Below, piece by piece: positions 26,383 through 37,700 of a stretch of DNA of 64,000 nucleotides; position 1 is the first letter of the stretch, and every line of letters begins with the position of its first letter. The notes under the pieces are model-generated. The model did not search any database and had not been told where the DNA came from. It worked only from the letters and a program-made list of their open reading frames with translations. The stretch spans positions 81,007 through 145,006 of the forward strand of contig NW_003314406.1 of NCBI RefSeq assembly GCF_000143415.4. The letters run 5' to 3'. A program made the position numbers and the translations under genes. Source of the DNA: Selaginella moellendorffii. Its lineage: Eukaryota; Plantae; Lycopodiophyta.

Positions 26383-26640
26383 ATGGCAAGCACAAAATCT
26401 GTAAGTGAGGCAGAAAAGGAGACGGAGAAGGAGATAGGTGAAGATGTAGAATATATAAGTCTTCCAAACTCCCCGTACTATACTCCAGGTGATCATTTTT
26501 CTGAACAAACGGCAACATTAACAACTATCGAGAACGCCCCAGTAACGTCAGAGACAACAATCCAAAGCAAAACAACTGACCCGGAGAAGGATGATAGTAC
26601 CGCTGAGAGTACCAAAAAGGAGGTGTCCACTAGCGCTTAG
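26383..26640 (+). CDS. Small acidic Ser/Thr-rich ORF inside the transposon, unknown function
   Basis: MASTKSVSEAEKETEKEIGEDVEYISLPNSPYYTPG... has protein-like composition in AT-rich surroundings. No family recognised. Confidence 0.3.
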   Translation: MASTKSVSEAEKETEKEIGEDVEYISLPNSPYYTPGDHFSEQTATLTTIENAPVTSETTIQSKTTDPEKDDSTAESTKKEVSTSA

Positions 26641-27300
26641 GCTTATAATGGCGTGTGCCCTCATGCCATTTACTTGATCACCAAATACCTTTTTCCCTTT
26701 GCACTAGTATATCTTAATACCGGTCTGAGAAATAGAATGGCATGTGCCCTCAGGCCTTTTACTAAATCACCTTTGAAAGAAATGCAAGCCTCTATGTCGT
26801 AAAAAAAAGGTACTAGAGAAATTCCTTAATAATATGAATGTTATTTAGTTTCATGAAAATACACTAAGGGTCAAATGAGTTAAATGACTTCTCCAGACTA
26901 GCAATGCCTCTTGTTACACCTTCACAATTAGATTCGTTAGAAAAAGATAACATTGAATAATATCTAAATGTTCTCACCATTAAGTTATATGTCTGGCTAA
27001 TAGGAATGACGTTCATCTTGGAAAGCTCACCACACGCTCAATGAACAAACAAATAGTGTGTGCGCGCATGCCATCGCTCTTCTTTAGCTTCAGATTCGGC
27101 TTGTTCACCTTGACAATGAGATTTATTATACAACCAGATGGACTCAGTCTGGACATAAAGTCACCGCGCTAGTCACCATGCCCCAGATATGTCTAGCCCC
27201 TGGACAAAAAACATATAATTTCACGTCATTTTCAAATACTTGAAAATTTGTACCTAGTCCCATTTTACTGAATAAATCCCACTTTAACGAAATAGAGCAT

Positions 27301-27700
27301 TAAGTGCTACTTTGGTATTTCTACCAAATCTAGAAGAGGCCTCCTAGCCAATTTTGGAGCAAGTTCGTCACAAAGAAAAGTGAATGTAGATATTAAAAAA
27401 CTTCTCTAAATCTTTGTGGATTTATATGAAGAACCTAAAGCTCTGTTTGATACCACCAGTAGAGACTTCTTGGCTTGATGTAATCCACACTGATCAATGC
27501 CCTAGGAGCTCCTTTTTAGTTATCACTCTTTCAATAAATGAAGTTGTAGTAGGACATGGCATAGAAAGCACGATAGCAATCGCTTCCTCCACCATTCGAA
27601 TGAACAAAAGCTTTTTTGAAACTGGAATTAAGATCATGTCCTCCTCCAGAAAGAACAACTCTACCAAATTTAAGTACCTCATCACAATCTCTACAGCATA
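27301..27700 (-). mobile_element. N-terminal part of the same Harbinger transposase, separated by the 16.8-kb insertion
   Basis: Minus-strand peptides WW...TFTFLCDELAPKLARRPLLDLVEIPK*HL join in frame to AISKKVAIALKRL when 10472-27300 and one TAAG are removed. Confidence 0.8.
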
Positions 27701-28337
27701 CTCAATTTAGGGTAAAAAAAAATGGCACCCTAATCCATTATGATGTGGAAAAAAAGAAACTAATGTGTAGCCTTATGTGGCATATAAAAAAGAGGGTTAC
27801 ATGTAATGTAACCATTAAAAAAAAGGAGGGGAAAGTTGTGGGGTGAGGAGAAATTTCCAGGTGGGTGGAGTATGGAACCCCACCCTAAGGGAACTACTCC
27901 TTATTCACATGGGCATAAATTAAAAATGCCTTGAGATGGAAAATGCTTAGTAGTCTATTGCTCAACCCCAATGAGCTTATAGAAGTGATGAACCTGATCT
28001 AGAATGCCCAAATAATATACCAAATTGAGGAATATGATTAAGCCACCTCTTCATGTGTTGAATAATTCTTTTGAGTCCAAGCTTGTATTATTCTATTCCA
28101 GTAAACCATTTAAGAAATAGTGTTTGGTTGCAATCACTAAGTAAAAACTAAATAAACCAAGTGCTTGTTATATATTGAACTTAAGCAAGTTTTAATAAAT
28201 TGTTCTCTTTTTAGAATTAACATCTAACTATCCCAGCGGAGCTGGGTTCCCTGCTAGTCTGCCATAAGAAAAAATGGATATTCTAAAAATGGAATATGTG
28301 ACGTCGATGCCAAAATAGCAACTTTAAATAAAGAGTT

Positions 28338-28381
28338 TGATGATGATGATGATGATGATGATGAGTATGATGATATGATGA
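28338..28381. repeat. (GAT)n microsatellite
   Basis: Direct reading. Confidence 0.9.
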
Positions 28382-29489
28382 CTACCAGGGATTCTAGCTC
28401 CACTAGGAATAGTAGAAAATATTTCAATTTGAAAAGATGTAGTTGTAATTGTTCAATCTATTTCTCTTTTTTTGCGTTCTCTTAACATCATCATACTTAT
28501 ATATTTAAACAAAAAAGCTGGTATAATAATGGCAATGCTAGGGACATTTATTTTGGGCATATGCCAAATCTAATTGCAAAGATTAAATAATGGAGAGTTG
28601 TGACTTTTGGGATCATAAAAAATTTCAAATGTCTTTTAGGGCGCATGACCATGAGCAGAGAGCATTGGTCATTGCTAGTGAGAAGGTACTTTGTGTGTGT
28701 GTGTGTGTTTCTGTGGAACTAGTTGACCACATAGATCTGTAAAGTACTAATGTCTCTCTCTGTCCTCGATTTTTTCCCTTCCCTACAAGCGTTGAGATCT
28801 TGCAAGTACATATAGATTAGTTGAAAACGAGAATTAAAAAACCCCATATTATATTTTTTGTATTTTCTTCCCCCTAGATATGATGATGTTTCTATTTGCA
28901 GGATATCACGTAATTATAATTTTGATGAAGCATGGTTTATTATTTCTACCATTATTTCTATCATTCTACTACATTTTAGCCTAAATCCCTTTTATTAAGA
29001 AGTTCATATAAACCAATCTTTTTAGTATTTCAAACTTGTATTTCTACAAGCTTTCCTTCTCCTTATTCCAAGTTTTTCTTTCACAAGTATTTTGTATCTT
29101 CATCATTTAATTTTCATAGTAGTTATCTTATATATTATGAGTTATTTCTTAGATATACTTTTTCTAGTTCTAAAGTATGTTCTGGTTGGAAAGGTTAGAG
29201 GTGTATTAATATTTTATATTTTGTTAATATGTAATATAAATATTTAAAAATGTTATTCTCTATTTTTCCCAGCAGAGTTGAATCATTCTTATAAATATGA
29301 CACATACTTATATTCTATTTTAAAATAATTAGCTTCTGTATTTTTTTTAAATTTATTTAAGCATGTGAACACTTGATATTTTAGTCATGCTTATGTAACA
29401 ACTATTAGGGAATACAATTACAGAAAAATCTAGAGCAATACCAAAACAATTATATAAACTATGTATGACCATTAAAAGAAAAGATCATC

Positions 29490-30830
29490 TAGCATTTATT
29501 TCAATTGAGTTATGCAAAAGAGCAAGAAGTTCAATGATAAGTCAAAGAGTTACTTGAGTTTATATTTATTCAACCAAGTAAGTCTTTGTTTGGTGCTTCA
29601 GTCTTGTTTGTGAAGAAGGACAATTAAATGCAGACTTTGTATTGATTACTATGCTTTGAACAAGAAGACAATGAAGTATGAGATGCCAATATCGTGTGTG
29701 GATGATATCTTAGATAAGTTTTGTGAAACATGAGTGTTTGTTAATATTGATCTAAGGAGTGGATATCATCAAATTGCAATGGATGATGCATCTATTTCTA
29801 AGATAGTATTCAATATGAGTTTTGGACATTTTAAGTTTACAGTTATGCCATTTAATTTGACGAATGCACCAGCCACATTTACTCAGTTGATGACAGAGGT
29901 ATTTAAGCATTATCTTCATTGAGATTTTCTTGGATGATATTCTTGTTTTTAACAAGAATATGGAGGAGCATAAGGTGCATTTGTGCAAAGTTCTTTTGTT
30001 ACTATGTGATAGCATACTTTATGTAAAGAAGAGTAAATATGAGTTTGTGAAGTTGGAAGTGGAGTATCTAGGCCATATTATGACATCTAAGAGTGTCAAG
30101 ACGAATCCAAGGAAGGTGGTTATGGTGGAGAACTGGCCTACATCAACTTCAGTGGCTGAGTTACACAACTTCCTTGGTATAGCTAATTACTACTGAAGTT
30201 TCCAACACAAGTTTGCAAATGTGACTATTCTTTTGACATGGTTGTGCAAGAACATGCCATTTGAGTGGAAGCAGCCATAAAAAGATAGTTTTGTGGCATT
30301 GAAACAATTGTTGAGCAAAGCTCCAATGCTTTGCATTGTTAATCCATCACAACCTTATGAGGTGACATATGATGTGAGTGGCTATGCACTGGGAGGAGTT
30401 CTTATACAAGAGGGACAGCCTATTGCATATGAGAGTCAAATTTTGAATTCTATATAACAACGCTATTTCATATATGAGCAAGAGTTACTCTTTATTAATC
30501 ATGCTTTACAAATGTGGTGGCACTATTTTTATGGTGTAATGTTTGCAGTGTTGACGGATCACAAACCTCTTGTATATCTTTTCACATAGAAGGAGTTGAA
30601 CACTAAACAAGCTTGTTGGATGGTCAAAATGGAGTTTGGGGAGTTTTTCTATTGAGCATCGTTTAGGAAAATCAAATATGGTGGTAGATGCTTTATCTCG
30701 TATTTGTCATATGATAGCATTACAAACATGATTTTGTCATCATTTGAGTAAAGTGATTAGAAAGTTTAGGCAATTAGTTGAGCATGCTCAGGCTCAAGAT
30801 GCTAAAGTAGTCTCTTTGTGAGACCAGTGT
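29490..30830 (+). mobile_element. Degenerate Ty3/gypsy pol fragment (RT-RNase H)
   Basis: IDLRSGYHQI, VMPFNLTNAPATF, FLDDILVF, VEYLGHI, FLGIANYY, DVSGYALGGVLIQEG.PIAYES, LTDHKPL. Many stops. Confidence 0.92.
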
Positions 30831-32638
30831 AAGCAACCAAAGAGAACGACTTAAGAGACAATCCGTTAGGGTTTAAATATAAAGGGAAAGGGCTCATGAA
30901 TAAGGGTGCACCCCGTTTTACAATTGTTAAGGGTCTTGGGATACTTAGGGTTAAGCGTCTTTGGGTTTTAATAATATTGGGCTGGGTGATCTCCCAAGAA
31001 AACCAAATTTAGGAGTTTACATTTAGTATTAATGAGGTCTCAGGTCTAACTCTGTTGGTTAGGTAGGGGAATTACACCACATATTAATTGACATCTGGTA
31101 GGTCTAGTTTGTCAAGGAGCTGGAAAAGTTCTTTCAAGAGAGGAGTTCTTCAGAGGGGAGCTAAATTGCTTCAAGTTTTCTTCCACAATTCTTTGTCAGT
31201 GACCTTTTAAACCCCCAAGTACATGAGCTCATGCCTATAGCATTGTTTTGTGTGCTCTTGCTCCTTAGCACGTGCACAACCATTATAGTTGTTGAAAAAT
31301 GTCTCATGCATTTCTAGAAGGTGCTTCTTTTTTTTCTTCTACAATGATTGACCATGCAATTCTTCCAGGTCAGAGAATGCACCTAGATGCAGTAACTTAT
31401 CGATTAGAGTTATAGAGTCCTTGTTTGTTAATGTAATGGTAATATCCAGCAGCAACAGCTTATGCAGGGAGACTTAAACTTATGTTCATGTAATTCAAGA
31501 CAAGTGCTCTACTTTTTTTCTTTTTTCTTTTTTTGAGCCTGTTTTATTTTTGTCCATCTGCCACACTAGCAGTGCTCCTGCCTGAACTAAAGAGTACTAG
31601 AGCACTGGCAGATTTGTTTTCTCATTGCTTCATTCATAAGCAACCTTTCAGCCAGACATGATTGACAATGTCAGTGTTATGTTCTCAAGAATGTCATGTT
31701 AAATGCGCATCAAGGATGGAGGGAGCAAGCAGACCACAAACAAACTTCCCAAATCTTTATGCACAGTCTCATGGTTCACCACAAACATAATATAGATAGA
31801 TAGTATGGATAGACTTGATTGGCAATCCAATGAGACAAATGCTCTAGCACTTTGAAAATTACTAGCATGTTTTTAACAAGTCTTTTACATCATCAGATAG
31901 AGAAATTTACGGATGGTTTAAATATTATTTCTAATTAAAACACCTTTGAATCCTTATTTTTATTTGATCCAGCATAGCTGAGTTCCTTGCTAGTTCTGCT
32001 TTAAGCACTCTGCCTGGATATGGTGGTGCCCCCCGTTGCTGAAGAGTGACAGCGGAGAAGTCAGTCAAGCACAGGGAGTGGGTCGGGCTGCCCAATGGTG
32101 CCGGCTGTGGGTACGGAGGCGCCTTCTTGGCGAGATGGAGTGCTGGACGAGGTTCTTGAAGGTAAGGACCAGCCTCTTAAAGACATTTTTTCTGGAGGCC
32201 AGAAACATTGCAGGCCCCGCATTTTGTATGGCTTTTGAAGGTACTAAAGGATACTCAAAAGCGGCTCCTCTTGTCATTTTCTTTGTCAGCTTTTCTACTC
32301 TGAACTGGCTTAGGCCATGCACGAATTCTGCTGTTCCATGAGCCTGACAAATACTGCTTTATGTAGGGAAAGTGAACAAGCGAATGGTTCTATGGCCAAC
32401 GTAGGTGCACAGATCCTTTTCCAGATTCAATCCAAAAACCAAATAATGTGATCCGAGAGCATGCTCTCACACCTTCATCTGACACATTAACCCAACTTCC
32501 GTTACCCACTTAATTTTAAAATTGCTCAACGTGAGATAACAACAGCTTACCGTAATTACACTGACCACTTGTCAGTTTCTTTTTTGTTGCATTCCAGATT
32601 TTCAAGAAGTTTCAATGAAGCCAACTGTTTCTTTAAAA

Positions 32639-33257
32639 ATGGAGCGCAGGCCAGTGGCATCGCCCAGGCGCAATGCAGGGCGTGGTATTGTGCTCCATCG
32701 CCCATCACCACAGAGGCGCAGCCGAGGGGATGGGAATGTCTGGAAGTTAGGGCGTGGAAAGACTAATAATAATTCTAGAGGCGGAAAGGGAGAAGCTGCT
32801 GGTGTGGCTATAGTTGCTAGTGATTGTCCTCGTGCCTCTATGCAAAATGAATGTTTTGACGAGAATGCAGTTCAGCAACAAGCTGTATTGGAGAGTTTGG
32901 CTTCGTAAGTATAATACTTTAGCATATCCAAACTAAACTTGACATTAATTAAGTTACCTGGAAGGTGAGTTGTTGGTTCGCTTACAATCGTACTCCGAGC
33001 TCTTAGCAGAGGTGAGTGTTTCGTCTTTTAGAATCATGAGATATTTGTAATTTTATTAGGTTGATGTTCTTAACAAGGAGCGCCTGTTCTACTATGGCAA
33101 GCTCACCCGAATGGAGAAGGTTGTTATATATTAAATGAAGTGCTCTAAAATTGTATGGTAGGTCTGTGAGCGAGCGCAGCCTTATGCATCTTCGGTGCCT
33201 ATGGTCGAGTGCATGCTAAAGATTCTGGCAGCTATGACAGATAGTCCAGAAAAATAA
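32639..33257 (+). CDS. Small 4-exon protein with an EB1 C-terminal (EBH)-like motif
   Basis: Exons joined by ~42-50-bp GT-AG introns give ...YSELLAE/VDVLNKERLFYYGKLTRMEK/VCERAQPY...MLKILAA, which resembles EB1 LEKERDFYFGKLRxIExxC...ILYA. Confidence 0.7.
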
Positions 33258-34789
33258 AGGATTACTTATTAAAACACTGTATGATCCCAGCAAACGGTGA
33301 ATAAATCTTCAACAACTGTTTTTCGTATATAAAGAGATTCCTCTTTACCTTCCATGATTCGCACTAGTTTCATTCCCTATAAAAAGATCATCTTGGGGCG
33401 ACATAAATATCAGGCTATGATGGTCTTGGTATTAAAGGAATCTTGGATTTGAAATTTTAAAAGTTAATCCCCTTAACCAATCTTTTGCAAGATGCAACTT
33501 ATTTACTGGAATTCTTGTATATCCACAACAGCCATCGCCAGCATTGCAGTTCTAACCAATAAGCTGTTGCTGAAGTTTTGTAAGACCTCAAGATGATTAT
33601 CTTCCTTGTTTTGAGAAAAAATCACAAGCAACTGTCTTCTCTTCAATTATATCCAGAATCAATGAAAACCAGACGGGAGAGCTGTTTGAACAGCCCAGCA
33701 ACTGGAAGAAAACGGTCACACATGTGAAGTTATGCCTTTCTATGAATTTTGCATCTTATAATCATAACAGTGTTGCTCTAGTTGTGGAATGATTCTTCTT
33801 AAGACCCTTTTCAAAGACCTCAAGGTTATTTTCAGATGACCAGACGTGTAAAGCTGTTGATATACCAGGTTTTTCCATTCTCTTGTGAGCTAACCTTTGC
33901 CCTTTGCAAAGAGGAGAATATAGTCATGTAATTCTTACTTGCAGATGAATGAGAAAGTCCCAAAGATCCATGTTCCAGCTTTCAAAATGCTGGAAATCAG
34001 TGTGGCTGAGAGAATCCATCTAACTGAGATTTCTTCCACTCTTTGTCTTTCTAAACTTACAGCAAAAATCTCTTCTCCCACTTTGTCAATTTGACTGGAT
34101 TGATATATCTAGCCTAAGTCCTTTTCCAACTCACTCGTGAATGAATCAAGATAGTGCTTGCCGTCTTCCACAGGATTAACTCAGCCTCATATAAGTATGT
34201 TTAAGAGCACTAATGACGGGAGGAAATTAAATTGCGAAGTAAGACAAGAAACAAGAAACACCATCATTAGCACATCCAATTCCACCAAAATTGAGGCATT
34301 GAGATCCAAAATCTTTAGTATTGATGTAGTCAACTGCACATACAGTGAAAAGAAACTTGTTGACATTCTAACCAAATAATCGATGCATGCTTTTCTGTGT
34401 TTTCCAGAAATGGCATAAGGCTTGATACACTTTCTAAAGGCTCCAGTCATACCAAGAAAACTCCTCATCTGCAATTGTATAATCTTGCCTGATCATTCAG
34501 CACTGCCATTTTTGTGTACTACGATTATCTTATATCAAATTAATTCCTTTTGGTTTGCCCTTACTAAAATTTCAAAGGCTGTATAGTTCGAACCCACACG
34601 ATTGCAAAGAATTTTTTTGTCATTAGCCCTGTTTACTTAGTAGCAAATGTAATCCCTGAAAAGTCAATTGCGAACCTTTTGAGGGCTTTGAGATGGACCA
34701 ATTAGAAATTGTCTATTTCGTCCATCTTAACTCATTTCTTCTCCAGAGTTCATCAAATATGTTGCTCGGAGAACAAGCTTCAGATAACT

Positions 34790-37700
34790 TTATGATTCTC
34801 CATAAATAAATGCCTTAGTAGTGTCTGTGGAGTCCCTATGCATCCACTTTCTTCTGTCAAACTTATTCAAAGGTTGGATGTGTAGATCACCATCCGGAAA
34901 TACTGATACCTGCAGAAAAGAAAATAAGATGTTGTCTAAAATTCAAACCTTTACCTGGTCCATGGCCATTCTGTCTATGGAGTAAATGACTTCCGGATTG
35001 ACTCCTTTTTTAAGAACCTACAGAGATAAAAAAAAAAAATTGTTTAAAAATCTCAGAACAAGACTGGATACCTCAGACTTAACAGCCCGAACCACAGAGT
35101 TGAAACTTGATGCCCCTCTAACCAGCAACTTATTTCGGTGTACAAAGTTCTGTTAGAAAAAATAAAAACCAGTGTTTTTGTCTATTAAAAACAGCTGTTT
35201 TACGCTGTTTAGCATCTGATCTTTGAGAAGCTTGATCTCTTGCTCCTGTTGGTTCTGGTATTTCATAGCCATAGCATGCTCTCTCTCAAGACGACCAACG
35301 AGCTTTGTCAGGGCGTTTCGTTCTCCAGATAACACATGCCTTGCCTGCTCAAGCTCCAACACACGTTGTTGATCCCACTCGCCAGTATCAACAATGCGTC
35401 CTAGTCTATCATATTCCGTTCTGGTTCGTTGGTTCTCTTTCTCAAGAATTGCAACGTGCTCCTCGACTTTAAGCATCCTCTTGTGTGATTGTACCTACAT
35501 AAAGGGTCAGCCTACAATAATTGAAACAACATTTTAACCTGCATGTAGCAAATCCAGGCCTGAAAAGTCCATCTTATTCTTATGTCTTCACATTTTCTTT
35601 TAATGCGTTTACAGGTCCTCCTTTTCCACTTCTCCTCCAAACAAATTTCATGTAGCTCATCAAATTGCCTCCGTAAGCGGGATCGGACCAATCTGACGAA
35701 AATTGTGTCATATCTTGATTTCTGCACCATGAAACGCATCCATAGTCCGAATGCACTCGCAAGTCTACATTTTTGTATTCTCCTTTTCCAATATCTCGAA
35801 AATGCAGTTTCATCCTCCCACAACGAAAAACATTTGGAGAGAACTTTCCTTTCGCCCCTTTGTATTGCTCGAAAGTCACGTGCTCTAAAATTTAAGTTAG
35901 GCGATGAATATTACTGTTTAAGAAAGAACCTGTTAGCTGGGTATCTCTGCCAGAATTTAAAAGCCAGGGCCGCCTTTCGTCTTAAAAGAAGGTAAAAAAT
36001 GTGATCTCTGCGCTCGTCAACAGCTCTACTAATTTGTACACCAACCTGCAGTGATGCTAATTGCTAATTGCTAATGGAGCAAGAGAACAGAAGTGCCTTG
36101 TAAGAACCTTGAAAGCAAACAGAACCCTTTGCAACCGTCTTCTCCGTATAGCGTTAACAGCTCTTCGTCCTATGCACTCCCTTTGTTTTACTTGCAAATC
36201 GCGGACTAATTGCTTTTCTCTCCTGTATATACTTGACAGGTTAACAAGGTAAATAAGGAAAGTACCTATGTCGTTCATCTTCCCTTTGTCTTCGCTTTAC
36301 AAGGGATCTCCAAGCTCTCCTGCACGAACAGTAACAGATCTAGGAGCATTCTAGATCAATGATAGCTACTACCAAATACGTGCAATATTATGACGTCGCA
36401 AGAATTTTTCCGCTGACTGCTGCAATCTTTTGAACTTTTCCATGCGCAAAAAAAAAATTCTCCACGCTTGAAAAGCACGTCCCAGCATCCGTCGTTGAAA
36501 GTATTCAGCAGCATTCTTCATAGCAAACCTTCTTGCAATTTTTCTTCGCTTGTGTAGTGTCAATGCCGTAAAAGCAGATCTCATATATCTTAGACTGCTT
36601 CTTCTCATCTTTAAACTAGAGTATCAATTTCCGTGGAAGTCAAATGAGCAGGCTAACCTGAATGGTTAGAAGCGTCATGTTTTTTTCAATGGCGCTTCTT
36701 ACGCGCTCAGCATTGGCTGCAAGCTCATCAAGTTCGTCGTAGGCAAGTTGCATAGGAAGCTCGTAATCTTGAACGGCCAATCTCAGAGCCTATAGAAACT
36801 GCGGAAGTACAAAAGCATGTATTAAAAAAACGAAACACCAACCAAAAGCCGAGCATGAAAATCTGGCACACCGGAGCTTCCTAGAATCCCTTGTTGCATG
36901 GCATCACATATTTGGTTCTCTTTATTAGATCTTCTTTTCTTCATAAGGTCCGTAATGTATTCACCTTCAATGTCCCCAGCACTAGAGTCTTCGACAGAAG
37001 AATCTTTGGACAAGCCCCTTATGCTTCCCCATTGCCGCCGGGATGTTCTTCCAGCATACTCTACATTGCCATCCAGCCTTCTAGCGAGATCAGGTAGTTT
37101 GGAACTTAGTGGTGCTTCATCCAAAGAAGCTGGTTTTCTTAAAGCCTCTGGGCGACTAGCCATTGTTTCCTGTGTAGCTACAGAAGCATCATCACTGGCC
37201 TTACTTGTGAGAGCTGACATAGAAACTTGGTTGACGATGTCCGTTAATAATACCTCGGCCTGTGAAATTTCGTTTCTTACTATGTCATATGACTCTTGAG
37301 GTCTATCAGGTACCCTTGCTTCATGCTGGGGAACATTCGAAGTTGTGGCAATATCACTCGTAGGTTCTGTGCTAATTCTCCTTGCAACGTTCTCATTATT
37401 TAGGGGATCAAGAGCACTACTTCTTCCCGAAATTTCTGGAATCATCAAAGGCGTATTAAATGTACTGCTTTTCCTGGCATTTTCCAAAGCTACTTGAGAT
37501 GTGGCACCTGTATCTGCGTTATTGTCTGTTTGAGGAGCTTCTTGTCTACCATCGATGTCACGTCCGAAGAGATCGCTATTGTTGCTAAAATCTTCATTAA
37601 CGAGTAATTGTGCATTCCTCGGACCTCCACCAACATCTTCTGAAGCTTTAATAGCATCCTCTGTTGGCATTGACATTCTTGTACCATTCTCTACTGAGGT

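Larger units (their letters stand above)
10858..27074. repeat. Dispersed 22-bp palindrome ATGGCRTGWGGCCWCAYGCCAT, ~35 copies
   Basis: Copies begin near 10858, 11935, 12010, 13252, 13443, 13584, 15056, 16333, 16393, 16470, 17303, 17438, 17597, 17676, 19512, 19572, 19649, 20413, 20548, 20707, 20786, 21643, 21715, 22330, 22428, 22498, 24345, 24402, 25744, 25890, 26050, 26241, 26648, 26737 and 27053. Confidence 0.93.
10472..27300. mobile_element. 16.8-kb cargo-carrying TIR DNA transposon (Sola-like)
   Basis: TIR aagctctatttcgttaaagtggga (10472-10495) vs tcccactttaacgaaatagagcat (27277-27300), 1 mismatch in 24. TSD TAAG at 10468-10471 and 27301-27304. Internal transposase present. The empty site restores the Harbinger ORF. 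Confidence 0.92.

Noticed and set aside
10858-27074. Palindromes as a CRISPR array
   Set aside because: Spacing is irregular (tens of bp to >1 kb), copies lie in introns and exons, there are no cas genes, and the context is eukaryotic.
33460-34500. Minus-strand coding remnant (RSFLGMTGAFRKCIKPYA resembles the gypsy RT connection region)
   Set aside because: Too short and fragmented to assign.
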